This document shows, one piece after another, positions 21,902 to 32,140 of a stretch of 64,000 bases of DNA. Location: assembly GCA_965213925.1 (NCBI GenBank), contig OZ243927.1, positions 3,520,001-3,584,000 of the forward strand. Direction: 5' to 3'. This stretch comes from Trueperaceae bacterium. Lineage in GTDB: Bacteria > Deinococcota > Deinococci > Deinococcales > Trueperaceae. The translations under genes were made by a program, and so were the position numbers. The notes under the pieces are model-generated. The model was not told where the DNA came from and made no database searches. It was given only the letters and a program-made list of their open reading frames with translations. Each line of letters opens with the position of its first letter. Positions within the stretch are counted from its first letter, which is position 1.

Positions 21902-24562
21902 ATGACGACAGAGCCACAGAAGAACGCGATTTTACGCAAAATCAAGGAGATTCGTAGCCAGCTCGCCGAACTCGAGTCCGGCGGCGACCTGCCCAACCTC
22001 TTCCGCCGAACGCTCGACGCAACCGATAACGTCATCTCGATCACCGACCCGAGCTTGCACGACAATCCGCTTATCTACGTCAATAAGCAGTTTGAGGAAC
22101 TCACGGGCTACACCTATGATGAGGTCGTCGGGCAGAACTGCCGCTTTCTGCAGGGCGATGACTTTGATCAGCCCGAGCTAGAGCGGCTGCGCGAGGCGAT
22201 TAAAAAAGGGGAGAACATCCGCGTCGAGTTGCGCAACTACCGCAAAGACGGCGAGATGTTCTGGAATGAACTCTATCTTACCGCCGTCCACGATGACAAG
22301 GGGCAGCTCAAGTACTTCTTCGGCGTGCAAAACGACATCACTGGACTTAAAAGCCTCTTCGAGAGCGAGCGCGACTTGCGCCAGGTGATGGGCAGCTTCA
22401 TGGCGTTTGCGGGGATGCTCTCTTTGGAGGGTGAAGTCTTGCGCGTGGACCAGAGCACGCTTAAAACTGCTGGACTTGATCTCGAGAATGTGCTCTACGA
22501 GCCTTTGGAGGAGACCGTCTGGTGGTCGCACTCTGAGGAGGTCAAAGGTCAGCTTAGGGAGGCGATTCAGTCTGGGAAGGACGGCAAGACCTGCCGCTCT
22601 GACCTCAAGATGCGTGTGGTAGGTGACGAGGGTGAGGAGAAGTTCATCACAGTGGACTTCTGCATCACGCCCCGCTTCGATTCGCAAGGTAAGCTCGCGC
22701 AGCTCATCGCCACGGGTATGGACGTCACCGAGCGCAAAGAGGCTGAAGAGGGCTTGCGCCGCCGCACCCGCGAGTTCGTGACGTTAGTCGAGAATACGCC
22801 CGACATCATCGCCCGCTTCAACAAGGACCTGTGCTACGTCTACGTCAACTCGGCGGTAGTCAAGGCAACCGGGCTGAGCGCGAACAAGATTATCGGACAA
22901 AGGCTCGAGGACTTCGACGAAACGGGCACGCACACGCTCTGGAACGGCGTACTGGAAGAGGTCTTTTGGAGCGGTAAGGAGACGGAGTTAGAGGTCCGCT
23001 ACCCTTCCTCTCACGGCGAACAGATTTACAACTGTCACTTCGTGCCCGAATGGAACGCGGCTGAGTCTCAAGAGGATAAAAACGAAAGTGCCGCCGCAGA
23101 ACCCAAAGAGGTCGATACCGTCTTGGTCATCAGCCGCAACGTCACCGCGCAAAAGCAGACCGAGGCGGCGCTCAAAGAGACGCAGAGTGAGCTTTTGAAG
23201 CAAATCAACGCGCTACGCGCGACGGAAGCCGAGCTGCAACGCGCCAACGAGCGGCTCTACCACGACGCTTTTCACGATTCGCTGACTGGGCTGCCCAACC
23301 GAGCCCTGTTCATGGACCGCCTCACGCAGATCATCAAGCACCAACGGCGCGAGCCTGAGCGAACTGCCGCCGTGCTCTTTCTGGACTTCGACCGCTTCAA
23401 AATCGTCAACGATTCGCTCGGACACGCCGCTGGAGACGCGCTCTTAGTCAGCGTCGGCGAGCGCCTCAAGACGTGCGTGCGCCCCGCCGACACCGTCGCC
23501 CGCTTGGGCGGCGACGAGTTCGCCATCCTCTTAGAGGACATCGAAAAGGCGCAAGCCGTTCAGGTGGCGCAGCGCATCATGGACGCTTTTACAGACCCCG
23601 TGAACGTCGAGGAACATAGCCTCCATACGAGCGCGAGCATCGGTGTGGTGACGAGCACCGGAGCGCATAGGAGCGCGAATGACGCGATGCGCGACGCCGA
23701 CATCGCCATGTACCGCGCCAAAGGGGAGAGCCGGGGCACCTACCGCGTCTTTAACGAGACCATGCACCGCCAAGTCGTCGCGACGATGTCTTTAGAAAAA
23801 GAACTCCACAGAGCGCTGGAGCACGAGGAGTTCAAAGTCGTGTATCAGCCGATCGTGGCAACCCGTAGCGGCGCGCTAAGGGGCTTCGAAGCGCTCCTCA
23901 GGTGGTCGCATCCGCAGCGCGGCGAGGTGCCGCCCGCCGACTTTTTACCCCTAGCCGAAGAGATGGGGCTCATGGTCAAGTTGGACCGCTACGTGTGGCG
24001 CACGGCCTGTCAGCAGGTAAAGGTGTGGCAAGAGCACCTCATCGCCCCCTTGGGGCTCTCCCTCAACCTCTCATCACAGCACGCGCTCTACCCGGACCTC
24101 ACGGGGGAACTCAACAGCATTTTATGCAGCACCGGCTTTAGCGCGTCGCAGCTCACCCTGGAGATCACCGAGGGCGCGCTGATCGACGCTTCACAAAGCG
24201 TCCGCAACACCTTCAAGGCGCTCAAGACGTTGGGCGTCAAGCTTCACCTGGATGACTTTGGCACAGGTTATTCGTCCCTATCCTACTTGCAGCGCTTTCC
24301 CGTAGACGCGCTCAAGATCGACCGCAGCTTTATCGACAACATGCAGCACCTAGAGGAGAGCGCCGAGCTGGTGCGCACCATCATCAACATGGCGCAGAAC
24401 TTGGGGCTAGAGGTCATCGCCGAAGGCGTGGAAAATGAGCTGCAACTGGAGCAGCTGAGGCGCTTAGGCTGCACCTATAGTCAGGGCTTCTTCTTCTCCA
24501 GACCGCTTTCTGAGGCGAGGGTGCTGCCTTTTATTGACCACATGCGGCAGGCGCTCTCGTAG
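21902..24562 (+). CDS. LOV-PAS-PAS-GGDEF-EAL c-di-GMP enzyme
   Basis: GQNCRFLQG LOV signature; RPAD I-site plus GGDEF; FEALLRW, DDFGTGYSS. Confidence 0.93.
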   Translation: MTTEPQKNAILRKIKEIRSQLAELESGGDLPNLFRRTLDATDNVISITDPSLHDNPLIYVNKQFEELTGYTYDEVVGQNCRFLQGDDFDQPELERLREAIKKGENIRVELRNYRKDGEMFWNELYLTAVHDDKGQLKYFFGVQNDITGLKSLFESERDLRQVMGSFMAFAGMLSLEGEVLRVDQSTLKTAGLDLENVLYEPLEETVWWSHSEEVKGQLREAIQSGKDGKTCRSDLKMRVVGDEGEEKFITVDFCITPRFDSQGKLAQLIATGMDVTERKEAEEGLRRRTREFVTLVENTPDIIARFNKDLCYVYVNSAVVKATGLSANKIIGQRLEDFDETGTHTLWNGVLEEVFWSGKETELEVRYPSSHGEQIYNCHFVPEWNAAESQEDKNESAAAEPKEVDTVLVISRNVTAQKQTEAALKETQSELLKQINALRATEAELQRANERLYHDAFHDSLTGLPNRALFMDRLTQIIKHQRREPERTAAVLFLDFDRFKIVNDSLGHAAGDALLVSVGERLKTCVRPADTVARLGGDEFAILLEDIEKAQAVQVAQRIMDAFTDPVNVEEHSLHTSASIGVVTSTGAHRSANDAMRDADIAMYRAKGESRGTYRVFNETMHRQVVATMSLEKELHRALEHEEFKVVYQPIVATRSGALRGFEALLRWSHPQRGEVPPADFLPLAEEMGLMVKLDRYVWRTACQQVKVWQEHLIAPLGLSLNLSSQHALYPDLTGELNSILCSTGFSASQLTLEITEGALIDASQSVRNTFKALKTLGVKLHLDDFGTGYSSLSYLQRFPVDALKIDRSFIDNMQHLEESAELVRTIINMAQNLGLEVIAEGVENELQLEQLRRLGCTYSQGFFFSRPLSEARVLPFIDHMRQALS

Positions 24563-24657
24563 GGGAGTTCGCTCGAGAAATGATTTTATATTGCCCCACC
24601 ACTTTGAAGAGGTCGCAAAACGTCATATCATCTTAATGCGTAGAGGGAGTGTGCGGC

Positions 24658-24685
24658 GTAGGGGCGATTCATGAATCGCCCCTAC
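24658..24685. repeat. GTAG-type REP (perfect 28-bp palindrome)
   Basis: GTAGGGGCGATTCATGAATCGCCCCTAC. Confidence 0.85.
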
Positions 24686-24728
24686 TGCATTCGCCTCCTT
24701 ACTGTGACTGATCGCTCTGGAAAAAGGT

Positions 24729-25496
24729 TTACTCTCCCCGGATAAGCTCCAAAACCTCCGGTAGTAACGTTTGCGACGTGCTCAGCGCCTCATTTCCGTA
24801 AATCGTCCCGTTCCCTGCCCAGTCGCCGAAGTACCCGCCCGCCTCGCGTAAGAGCGCGGGAAAGGGTCCGCAGTCCCAGGCGTTCATGACGGGGTCGAGC
24901 ATCAGCTCGACGCGCCCCGTCGCCACGAGCATGTGCCCGTAAGCGTCCGACCAGCCGACGCGGTACGCCGCCGTGTGGTAGATGCGCTGCCACGACGCGC
25001 CGCGCCCATAGCGCTCGAAGTTGCCCATGTCGGTAAACGAGACGGTGCTCTCTGCTAACGTCTCCGTCTGCATGACCTGCACGCGCCGCCCGTTGAGATA
25101 ACATCCCTCGCCCGTCGCTGCGTACGCCATCTCCCCCAAAGCTGGAAAATACGCGACGCCCACCTCGACTTTGCCCTCGATCTCCAAACCCATCAGCACG
25201 CCGTAGAGCGGCACGCCGCGCACGAACGACTTGGTCCCGTCGATGGGGTCGAGCAGCCAGCGGTGGCTTTCGCCCTCCTTCTCCTCAAACTCTTCGCCTA
25301 AAATGCCGTGCTCCGGGTACGCTTTTTCGATGCGGCGGCGCATGAGTTCTTCGGCTTGGCGGTCGGCGACCGTGACGGGCGTCTCGTCCTCTTTTATTTC
25401 AGGCTGGACGCCCCGGTCAAAGTAGCCGAGCGTGAGCTGACCGGCTTGGTAGGCAGTTTCAACAGCGAAGTCTAAAAAGTGTCGCAGTGGTGCCAT
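24729..25496 (-). CDS. hisN: Inositol-monophosphatase-family histidinol-phosphatase
   Basis: GEE, DPIDGTKSFVRG, WD motif. Confidence 0.75.
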   Translation of the reverse strand: MAPLRHFLDFAVETAYQAGQLTLGYFDRGVQPEIKEDETPVTVADRQAEELMRRRIEKAYPEHGILGEEFEEKEGESHRWLLDPIDGTKSFVRGVPLYGVLMGLEIEGKVEVGVAYFPALGEMAYAATGEGCYLNGRRVQVMQTETLAESTVSFTDMGNFERYGRGASWQRIYHTAAYRVGWSDAYGHMLVATGRVELMLDPVMNAWDCGPFPALLREAGGYFGDWAGNGTIYGNEALSTSQTLLPEVLELIRGE

Positions 25497-25561
25497 GCGT
25501 CTCTCCCTTGAATGCAGCTCTAAAGGGTGAGTATACCTCCCTTTGTGAAATTTAGGGCTCA

Positions 25562-25819
25562 GCACTGTCAGCTAAGAAATGAGTGATGTCATTCTGAACC
25601 CTACAGCGAGCTATAGGATAGACTCCACGAAGTGGAGCCCTTTACAGGATGGGCTTCGCCTGATGAAAGAATCTCTGACCTTGCTGACTCCTCTCGCAGA
25701 GATTGGAAAACGAGACCCTTACGCCTTCGCCGAAGCTTCGTGTCACTGCGTTCCCACTGGCTACTTCGTGAACAGGGTGACATCAGTAAGAAGGTACCAA
25801 TACTTAGTTGATGGTGTAT
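25562..25819 (-). mobile_element. Composite MITE copy 3 (with inserted modules)
   Basis: Same core in reverse orientation; TCA on both flanks. Confidence 0.8.
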
Positions 25820-25938
25820 TCAGAAACGTAAGCCGACTTCTAACTGCAGAGGAGCGTTTCGGCTAATACTTTCCTTATGACACTAAAGACGCGCTCGAGC
25901 CCTAACCCGCCAAGAGGTCGAATCACAGGGACACATCT

Positions 25939-28900
25939 ATGATTAACTTAGTCGCCTTCTTCGTCCGGCGCTTCGTGCTCGCCATCAGCGTCTTTTTGTT
26001 CTCGCGATCTTCCTCTTCGGGCTCATCGGCTTTTTGAGCACGGGCATCAGCCTCTTGCCGGAGGTGGACATTCCCGTCGTGAGTGTGTCTACCGCGTATC
26101 CGGGCGCGAGCCCGACGGAGGTCGTGGAGCAAGTCAGCGAGCCGCTCGAGAGTGCGCTGACCTCCCTAGAAGGTCTCGACTCCATCTCGTCGACCTCGTC
26201 AGAGGGCTTTAGCTTGGTCATCATCAACTTCACCTCCGGCACCGACCCCGACCAAGCCGCCACGGATGTCAATCAGCAGGTCAGCGCGGTTGTCAATACG
26301 CTGCCCGACGACGCGGAGACCCCTTCGGTCGACACCTTCGACCCGAACGAGCAGCCGATCTTAGACGTGGCGGTTGCGGCAGAAGGCGAGTCCATCTCGG
26401 CGGTACAAACCTACGTCGAGGACGAGGTCGAGCTTGCCTTGCAGCGCACGGAGGGCGTCGCGGACGTTTCCATTATCAGCCCCGTCACGCAGCAGATCGA
26501 GGTGCTTTTAGACCCCGCCGCGCTGAGCGGCTTTAACCTGAGCCCGCAGGTGGTGGCGAGTGCGATTCGCTCATCCGCCGTGACCGTGCCCGCAGGCGAC
26601 TTGCGCGTGGACGACGAGCGCATCTTGCTGATTGGACGCAACACGCCCGCGAGCTTGGCGCAGGTCGAAGAGATTCCGGTGGACTTAGCGAGAGGTCTGC
26701 GCGTGCGCGACGTCGCCGTGGTGCGCGACGAGACGACCGACCAGGAGAGTTTCACCCGTTTGGACGGCACGCCCGTCGTCGTATTGGAGATTCGCAAGCG
26801 CTCGGGCGCGAACTCCGTGGCGACCGCAGACAGGGTGCGCGAGACGCTCGACGGGCTGAGCCTACCCGAGAACTACAGCGCAGAAATCGTCGGCGACGAA
26901 ACGGAGTTCATCGCCAACACGGTCTCGGCGACCTCATCGCAGATTTTCCTCGTCATCTTCATCGTGGCGTTCGTGGTGCTCATCTTCGTGGGCAACTTGG
27001 GCGCGGTCTTCTCGGTGATGCTGGCTGTTCCCATCTCGCTCGCGGGCGCACTTATCTTTTTCGACCTCTTGGGGTTCACCTTTAATATCATCACGCTTCT
27101 AGCCATAACGGTCGCCATCGGCATCGTCGTGGACGACTCGATTGTGATTGCGGAGAATATCACCCGTTTACGCGAACAAGGTCTGCGAGGACGCGAGGCA
27201 GTGATTCAAGGTGCGGGCGAGGTTTCGGCGGCGGTTCTAGCCTCGACGCTCTCGCTCCTAGCGGTCTTCTTGCCTATCTCTTTCTTACCGGGGCAAATCG
27301 GCGAGTTCTTCTCGCAGTTCGGACTCACGCTGGCGATTACGATCACGTTTTCGTATCTCGAGGCGCTCTTCTTCCTGACCGTGCGCATGGCGTATCTGCC
27401 GAACCCGCTGCCGCCGAGCTGGTCGCAGTTAGGCGGCGCGGCAGGTCGCATCGGGTCGGACGCGAAGGCGATTTTAGACACCTTGACGACGGTCTGGTTC
27501 TGGGTGCTCTTTGTGGTGGTCGGTGTCGCGCTCTACTTTGCGGGGTCGCGCCTTCCACTCCCGCTGCCCGATTGGGCGTATCCGCTGGGCACACTCCTCT
27601 TGCCGCTCCTGCTCTTTCTAGGGCTCTACTTGGGGCGTCTCATTCTCTTCTTTATAGGTGCGATTGCCCGCACTTTTTACGAGGCGGGCGATTGGCTCAT
27701 CACCAGGTTGCGCTCGGGCTACGGCTCGCTCCTTAACGTGTTGCTCGGCAACGCGGTGTTCGTGATGATCGGGGCGGTGGCGCTCTTTGCGAGCCTCTTT
27801 TTCGTCGCGCCGCGCTTAGGCTTTAACTTCACGCCGCCCATCGACTCGGGGCAGCTCAGCGTGTCGCTCGAGCTGCCCACCGGCACCAGCCTCACCGAAA
27901 CAAACCGCGTCACCAGCAACGTCGAGGGGGCACTTTTTGACGACCCGCTCGTGACGCGGGTGCTCTCGACTGTCGGCGCGCAGGGCAGCAGCCAGGGTCA
28001 AGCGACGGGCAACGCCAACGCGGAACGCGCAGAGCTTTTAGTCGAACTCGTCGGCAAAGACGAACGCCAGAAACAGACCGCAGAACTCGCCGTCGATTTC
28101 GAGTCCCGTTTAGAAGAGGTTTTAGCAGACGAGACGGGCGTGGACGTGAGCGTTTCCGCCGCGCAGCAAGCCGGACCGCCGGGCACAGCGGAATACCAGC
28201 TCGACTTAGGCTCGTCCGATCTGGAGTTGCTCCGCGAACGCACGAACGATGCCCTCACTATCCTCCGCGACACGCCCGGACTGCGCAACCCCGAGTCCAG
28301 CCTGAGCGAGACGGTGAGCGAACAGGTCTTCGTTGTGAACACCTCCGAACTCATCAGCGCGGGGCTTAGCGCGGAAGAGGTCTACGGCGCGCTGCGCGCC
28401 TACAACGTCGGGCTGGACGCCGCGCAGGTGCGCCGCGAGGGGGAGGAGTTTCCTATCCTCGTCCGGGCGGACCCGCTCGTCTTGGCGGATCAGCAGGCGC
28501 TCTTGTCGCTACCTGTCTTTCCACCCGCACAGAGCGCATCTCAGACGCAAGGGGGTCAAGGCGGCAGCGTACAACTCGGCACCTTGGGGCGCTTCGAGCA
28601 GCGCGAGGCTCCCTCCGCGATCGGTCGCACCAACCAGACCTTTTCCTCTACGATCACCGCGAGCACCGCGCCCGGCGGACCGCCTTTGAGCGAGATTCGC
28701 AGGGAGGTCGAGGAGACCTTGCAGCGCGAAGGCGTCGTAGACGAGCGTGTCACGCTCCTCTCGGGCACCGGACCCAACCTTACGGGCGATTTGCAGCGCG
28801 TCGCGCCCATCGCCTTCGGTCTGGCGCTCCTGCTCAACTATCTCGTCATCGCGAGCCAGTTCAACACCTTTCGCTACCCCTTGTACATCCTCCTCAGCGT

Positions 28901-29351
28901 GCCCTTGGCGCTCGTCGGGGCGATGTGGCTCTTCTATCTCACAGGCACCGCGCTTGACATCAACAGCGTGTTGGGCTTCGTCATCCTCATCGGCTTAGTC
29001 ACCAAAACGGCGATTCTCCTCCTTGACGTGGTGCAGTCGCGCCAGCAAGAGGGGGTGGACCTGCGCGAGGCGCTCGTCGAGGCGGGCAAGCTCCGCTTTC
29101 GCCCCATCCTGATGACGACATTGACCGTCATCGTCATCGGCTTGCCGCTCCTTTTAGGCGGCGGCGAGGGCAGCGAGTTCAGGCGACCTTTGGGGCTCGT
29201 CATTCTAGGCGGCGTGGTGAGTTCGTCCTTGCTCACGCTCTTCGTCGTGCCGGCGGCGTTTTACCTCTTCGAGCGCGGGCGCTTCGGGAAAACGCAAGAA
29301 GAGGAGCGGTCCGAACCTCGAGGTGAGTTGCGCGGGGTGAGCACGGATTAG
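25939..29351 (+). CDS. RND efflux permease (AcrB family), frameshifted near the N-terminus
   Basis: MINLVAFFVRRFVLAISV from ATG 25939 switches frame near the T5 run at 25993-25997; GIVVDDSIV and RFRPILMTT motifs. Confidence 0.88.
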
Positions 29352-29447
29352 CTCGAGCTTCGACCTCTTATCATTTGATAAGGCGTCGTGGCGCAAAGAG
29401 GTCTAAGCTGTCAGCAGGCTCCGGCCCATCACGAGAAGGGATTCAAT

Positions 29448-30305
29448 ATGAACGTAGGGTTTATCGGACTAGGCATTATGGGCAGCCGCATGGCGACGAA
29501 CCTCATGAAAGAGGGACACAACCTCACCGTCCACAACCGTACGAAGGAAAAAGCAGACGACCTCTTGACGAAGGGCGCAACCTGGGCGGACTCGCCCGCC
29601 GCCGTGGTGAAAGAAGTGGACGTCCTCATCACCATGCTCGCGCATCCTGAAGCGGTCGAAGAGACGGCGCTAGGCGACGGAGGCTTTTTGGACGCGGTGG
29701 AAGAGGGGCAACTGTGGGTAGACTCGAGCACCCTCAATCCCGCTTTCTCGAGGCGCATGGCGAAAGAGGCGACATCAAGAGGTCTCCGCTTCTTGGACGC
29801 GCCCGTCTTAGGTACGAAAGCCCCCGCCGCGAGTGGCGATTTGATATTTTTCGTCGGCGGAGATGAAGCGGACATTGAGCAAGTCCAACCGCTCTTCGAT
29901 GCAATGGGCAAAGGGACCAAGCACGTCGGCGACCACGGCATGGGCACTTCACTCAAGGTCGTCGTGAACCACATGCTCGCCACCTCGATGGCGGCGTTCG
30001 CCGAAGGGATGACGCTAGGGGAAGGACTCGGCGTGTCGCAAGAGGTCCTTTTCGACACGCTCATCGGCGGACCCGTCGTGCCTGCTTTTTTAGGGATGAA
30101 GCGAGCGGGGCTCGAGAAGGGTAACTACACCCCCGACTTTCCCCTCAAATGGATGCAAAAGGACATGCAGATGGTTTCGACTGCCGCGTACGATACGGGC
30201 GTGCCGATGCCCCTGGCGAACCTCACCAAAGAGCTTTACCAAGCTGCTGTCAAACGTGGACACGGCGACGAGGACTTCTCTGCGATCTACAAAGTTAAAG
30301 GCTAG
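29448..30305 (+). CDS. 3-hydroxyisobutyrate dehydrogenase-family oxidoreductase
   Basis: GFIGLGIMG, DAPVLG, KVVVN. Confidence 0.9.
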   Translation: MNVGFIGLGIMGSRMATNLMKEGHNLTVHNRTKEKADDLLTKGATWADSPAAVVKEVDVLITMLAHPEAVEETALGDGGFLDAVEEGQLWVDSSTLNPAFSRRMAKEATSRGLRFLDAPVLGTKAPAASGDLIFFVGGDEADIEQVQPLFDAMGKGTKHVGDHGMGTSLKVVVNHMLATSMAAFAEGMTLGEGLGVSQEVLFDTLIGGPVVPAFLGMKRAGLEKGNYTPDFPLKWMQKDMQMVSTAAYDTGVPMPLANLTKELYQAAVKRGHGDEDFSAIYKVKG

Positions 30306-30314
30306 CTTACAGTC

Positions 30315-30917
30315 ATGATGCAAACTAACCTTTTCGACCACATGAAGTTTGCTATGAAGGATTGGGTGGCGCTCACTGAGCGTCAGTGGCGCACGTTCGC
30401 GGCGATGTTTGAGGTGAAGACGCTCGAGGCTCCTGAGCATTTACACTACCCAGGCGACAAAGAGCACAAGCTCATCTTCGTAAGCAGCGGTCTCTTGCGT
30501 TTTTATTATCCCGGCGAGGACGGAAAAGAGTCTAATAAGGCGTTCTTAACCGAGGGTACGTTCGGCGGCGCATTGGCGGCGGCAGGGTTAGGACTACCTC
30601 TTATCTACGGCGTCGAGGCGTTAGAAGAGACCTCTTTGTTAGCGGCTGACCTCTCTGACCTCTTAGCGCTCTATGACGAACACCCCGTCTTCGACCGCTT
30701 CGGGCGTAAACTCGCCGAGCACATCTTGATGCGTAAAGAGGTGCGGATGCGTGCACTTCTTCAACAAACCGCGAAAGAACGTTACGCAGCCCTGCGGCAA
30801 ACAGAGCCCGAGCTAGTCAGGCGCGTGCCGCAGTATCACCTGGCGTCTTATTTGGGCGTGACGGAGGCGTCGCTCTCGAGGCTCAAACGCGAGCTTGCGG
30901 ACGCGCACTATGCGTAG
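30315..30917 (+). CDS. Crp/Fnr-family regulator
   Basis: SGLLRFYY cNMP barrel; PQYHLASYLGVTEASLSR HTH. Confidence 0.85.
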   Translation: MMQTNLFDHMKFAMKDWVALTERQWRTFAAMFEVKTLEAPEHLHYPGDKEHKLIFVSSGLLRFYYPGEDGKESNKAFLTEGTFGGALAAAGLGLPLIYGVEALEETSLLAADLSDLLALYDEHPVFDRFGRKLAEHILMRKEVRMRALLQQTAKERYAALRQTEPELVRRVPQYHLASYLGVTEASLSRLKRELADAHYA

Positions 30918-30950
30918 CATCTACCAACGAGCCCTTCTCATTACGCCGTC

Positions 30951-30989
30951 GTAGGGGCACAGGTAAATTACTGTATGAATCGCCCCTAC
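30951..30989. repeat. Degenerate GTAG-type REP
   Basis: GTAGGGGC...ATGAATCGCCCCTAC. Confidence 0.65.
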
Positions 30990-31034
30990 ACCGCGCTGCC
31001 TACCCATGTAGACGAGATTGCCCCGCTTCGTTCT

Positions 31035-31997
31035 TCACGAATTCGCGTAGGTCAGCCAATCGGTAAACTCAGGAATCTCACCCCGCGTCGCCTTGAGGTA
31101 GGTCTCGCGCATCTTAAGCGAGTACTCACCCGCTTTACCCGTCCCGATAGGACGGCGGTCAATACTCGCTATCGGCGTGACCTCGGCGGCGGTTCCCACC
31201 ATAAAGATTTCGTCCGCAATATAGAGTTCGTCTCTGGTCGCCATCGTCGCCTCGACGGGTGTGCCCATCCACTTGGCAAGTTTAACCACGGAATCACGGG
31301 TGATGCCGCGCAAGTTGACCGAATGCGCAATCGGGAAGAGCGTCCCGTTTTTGAGAAAGAAGATGTTCTCGCCTGAACCCTCCGCCACAAAGCCCTCTTT
31401 GTCGAGTAGCAGCGCCTCGTCAAAGCCGCCCTGCCGCGCCTCCTGGTTCGCCAAAACCGAATTGATATAGTTGCCGCCCGCTTTGGACTTGGTCGGCATC
31501 ACGTCGCCGGGGCTCCTGCGCCACGAACTCGTCATGAGTCGCGCGCCGTTTTTGATGGCTTCTTCGCCTAAGTAGACGCCCCAGGGCATCGTCGCCACCA
31601 TGAAGTGCACCTTGTTCTTGCCGGGGTTGACGCCCAGAGACTCCGCGCCGTACCAGAGCAGCGGGCGGATGTAGCAAGACTTGCGCTCGTTTCGGCGGAT
31701 GGTCTCTAAAATCGCCTCGTTGATCTCCTCAACTGAATAAGGCGAGTCCATGCCGATGATTTTGGCGGAGTCGATGAGCCTTTGCGAATGCTCCTGCAAG
31801 CGGAAGACCGCCGCGCCCTTTTCAGTTTCATACGCGCGGATGCCTTCGAAGACGCTCGTGCCGTAGTGCATGGCGTGGGTCAATACTGAAACTTTGGCTT
31901 CAGACTCGGGCATCAGTTCGCCGTCGAACCAGATTAAGCCTGCATCTAATGCTGAGGTGCTGGCGGGGGCGTTTTTTTCGGTCATGGGGACTGTCAT
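31035..31997 (-). CDS. ilvE: Branched-chain amino acid aminotransferase
   Basis: HYGTSVFEGIRAY, EGSGENIF, GTAAEVTP; SD GGAGG. Confidence 0.96.
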   Translation of the reverse strand: MTVPMTEKNAPASTSALDAGLIWFDGELMPESEAKVSVLTHAMHYGTSVFEGIRAYETEKGAAVFRLQEHSQRLIDSAKIIGMDSPYSVEEINEAILETIRRNERKSCYIRPLLWYGAESLGVNPGKNKVHFMVATMPWGVYLGEEAIKNGARLMTSSWRRSPGDVMPTKSKAGGNYINSVLANQEARQGGFDEALLLDKEGFVAEGSGENIFFLKNGTLFPIAHSVNLRGITRDSVVKLAKWMGTPVEATMATRDELYIADEIFMVGTAAEVTPIASIDRRPIGTGKAGEYSLKMRETYLKATRGEIPEFTDWLTYANS

Positions 31998-32074
31998 AAA
32001 ACCTCCAAATGTCGTGAGGTTACTATACGACAGGGATAAAAGGTTGTGAGGCTTTGTTAGCTGAGGTGGAAAAC

Positions 32075-32095
32075 AAAAAAGCCCCCGGAGGGGCT
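32075..32095 (-). terminator. Intrinsic terminator after the lipoprotein gene
   Basis: Minus strand GCCCC-TCCG-GGGGC then T6. Confidence 0.65.
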
Positions 32096-32140
32096 CGAGA
32101 AGCTTAGCTCGCTTTTTCCTACTCAAGATGCTGAAGAGGG

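Noticed and set aside
25579..25866. 95-aa ORF (also 38300-38503 and 53769-54011)
   Set aside because: These lie within the repeat elements and have no protein features
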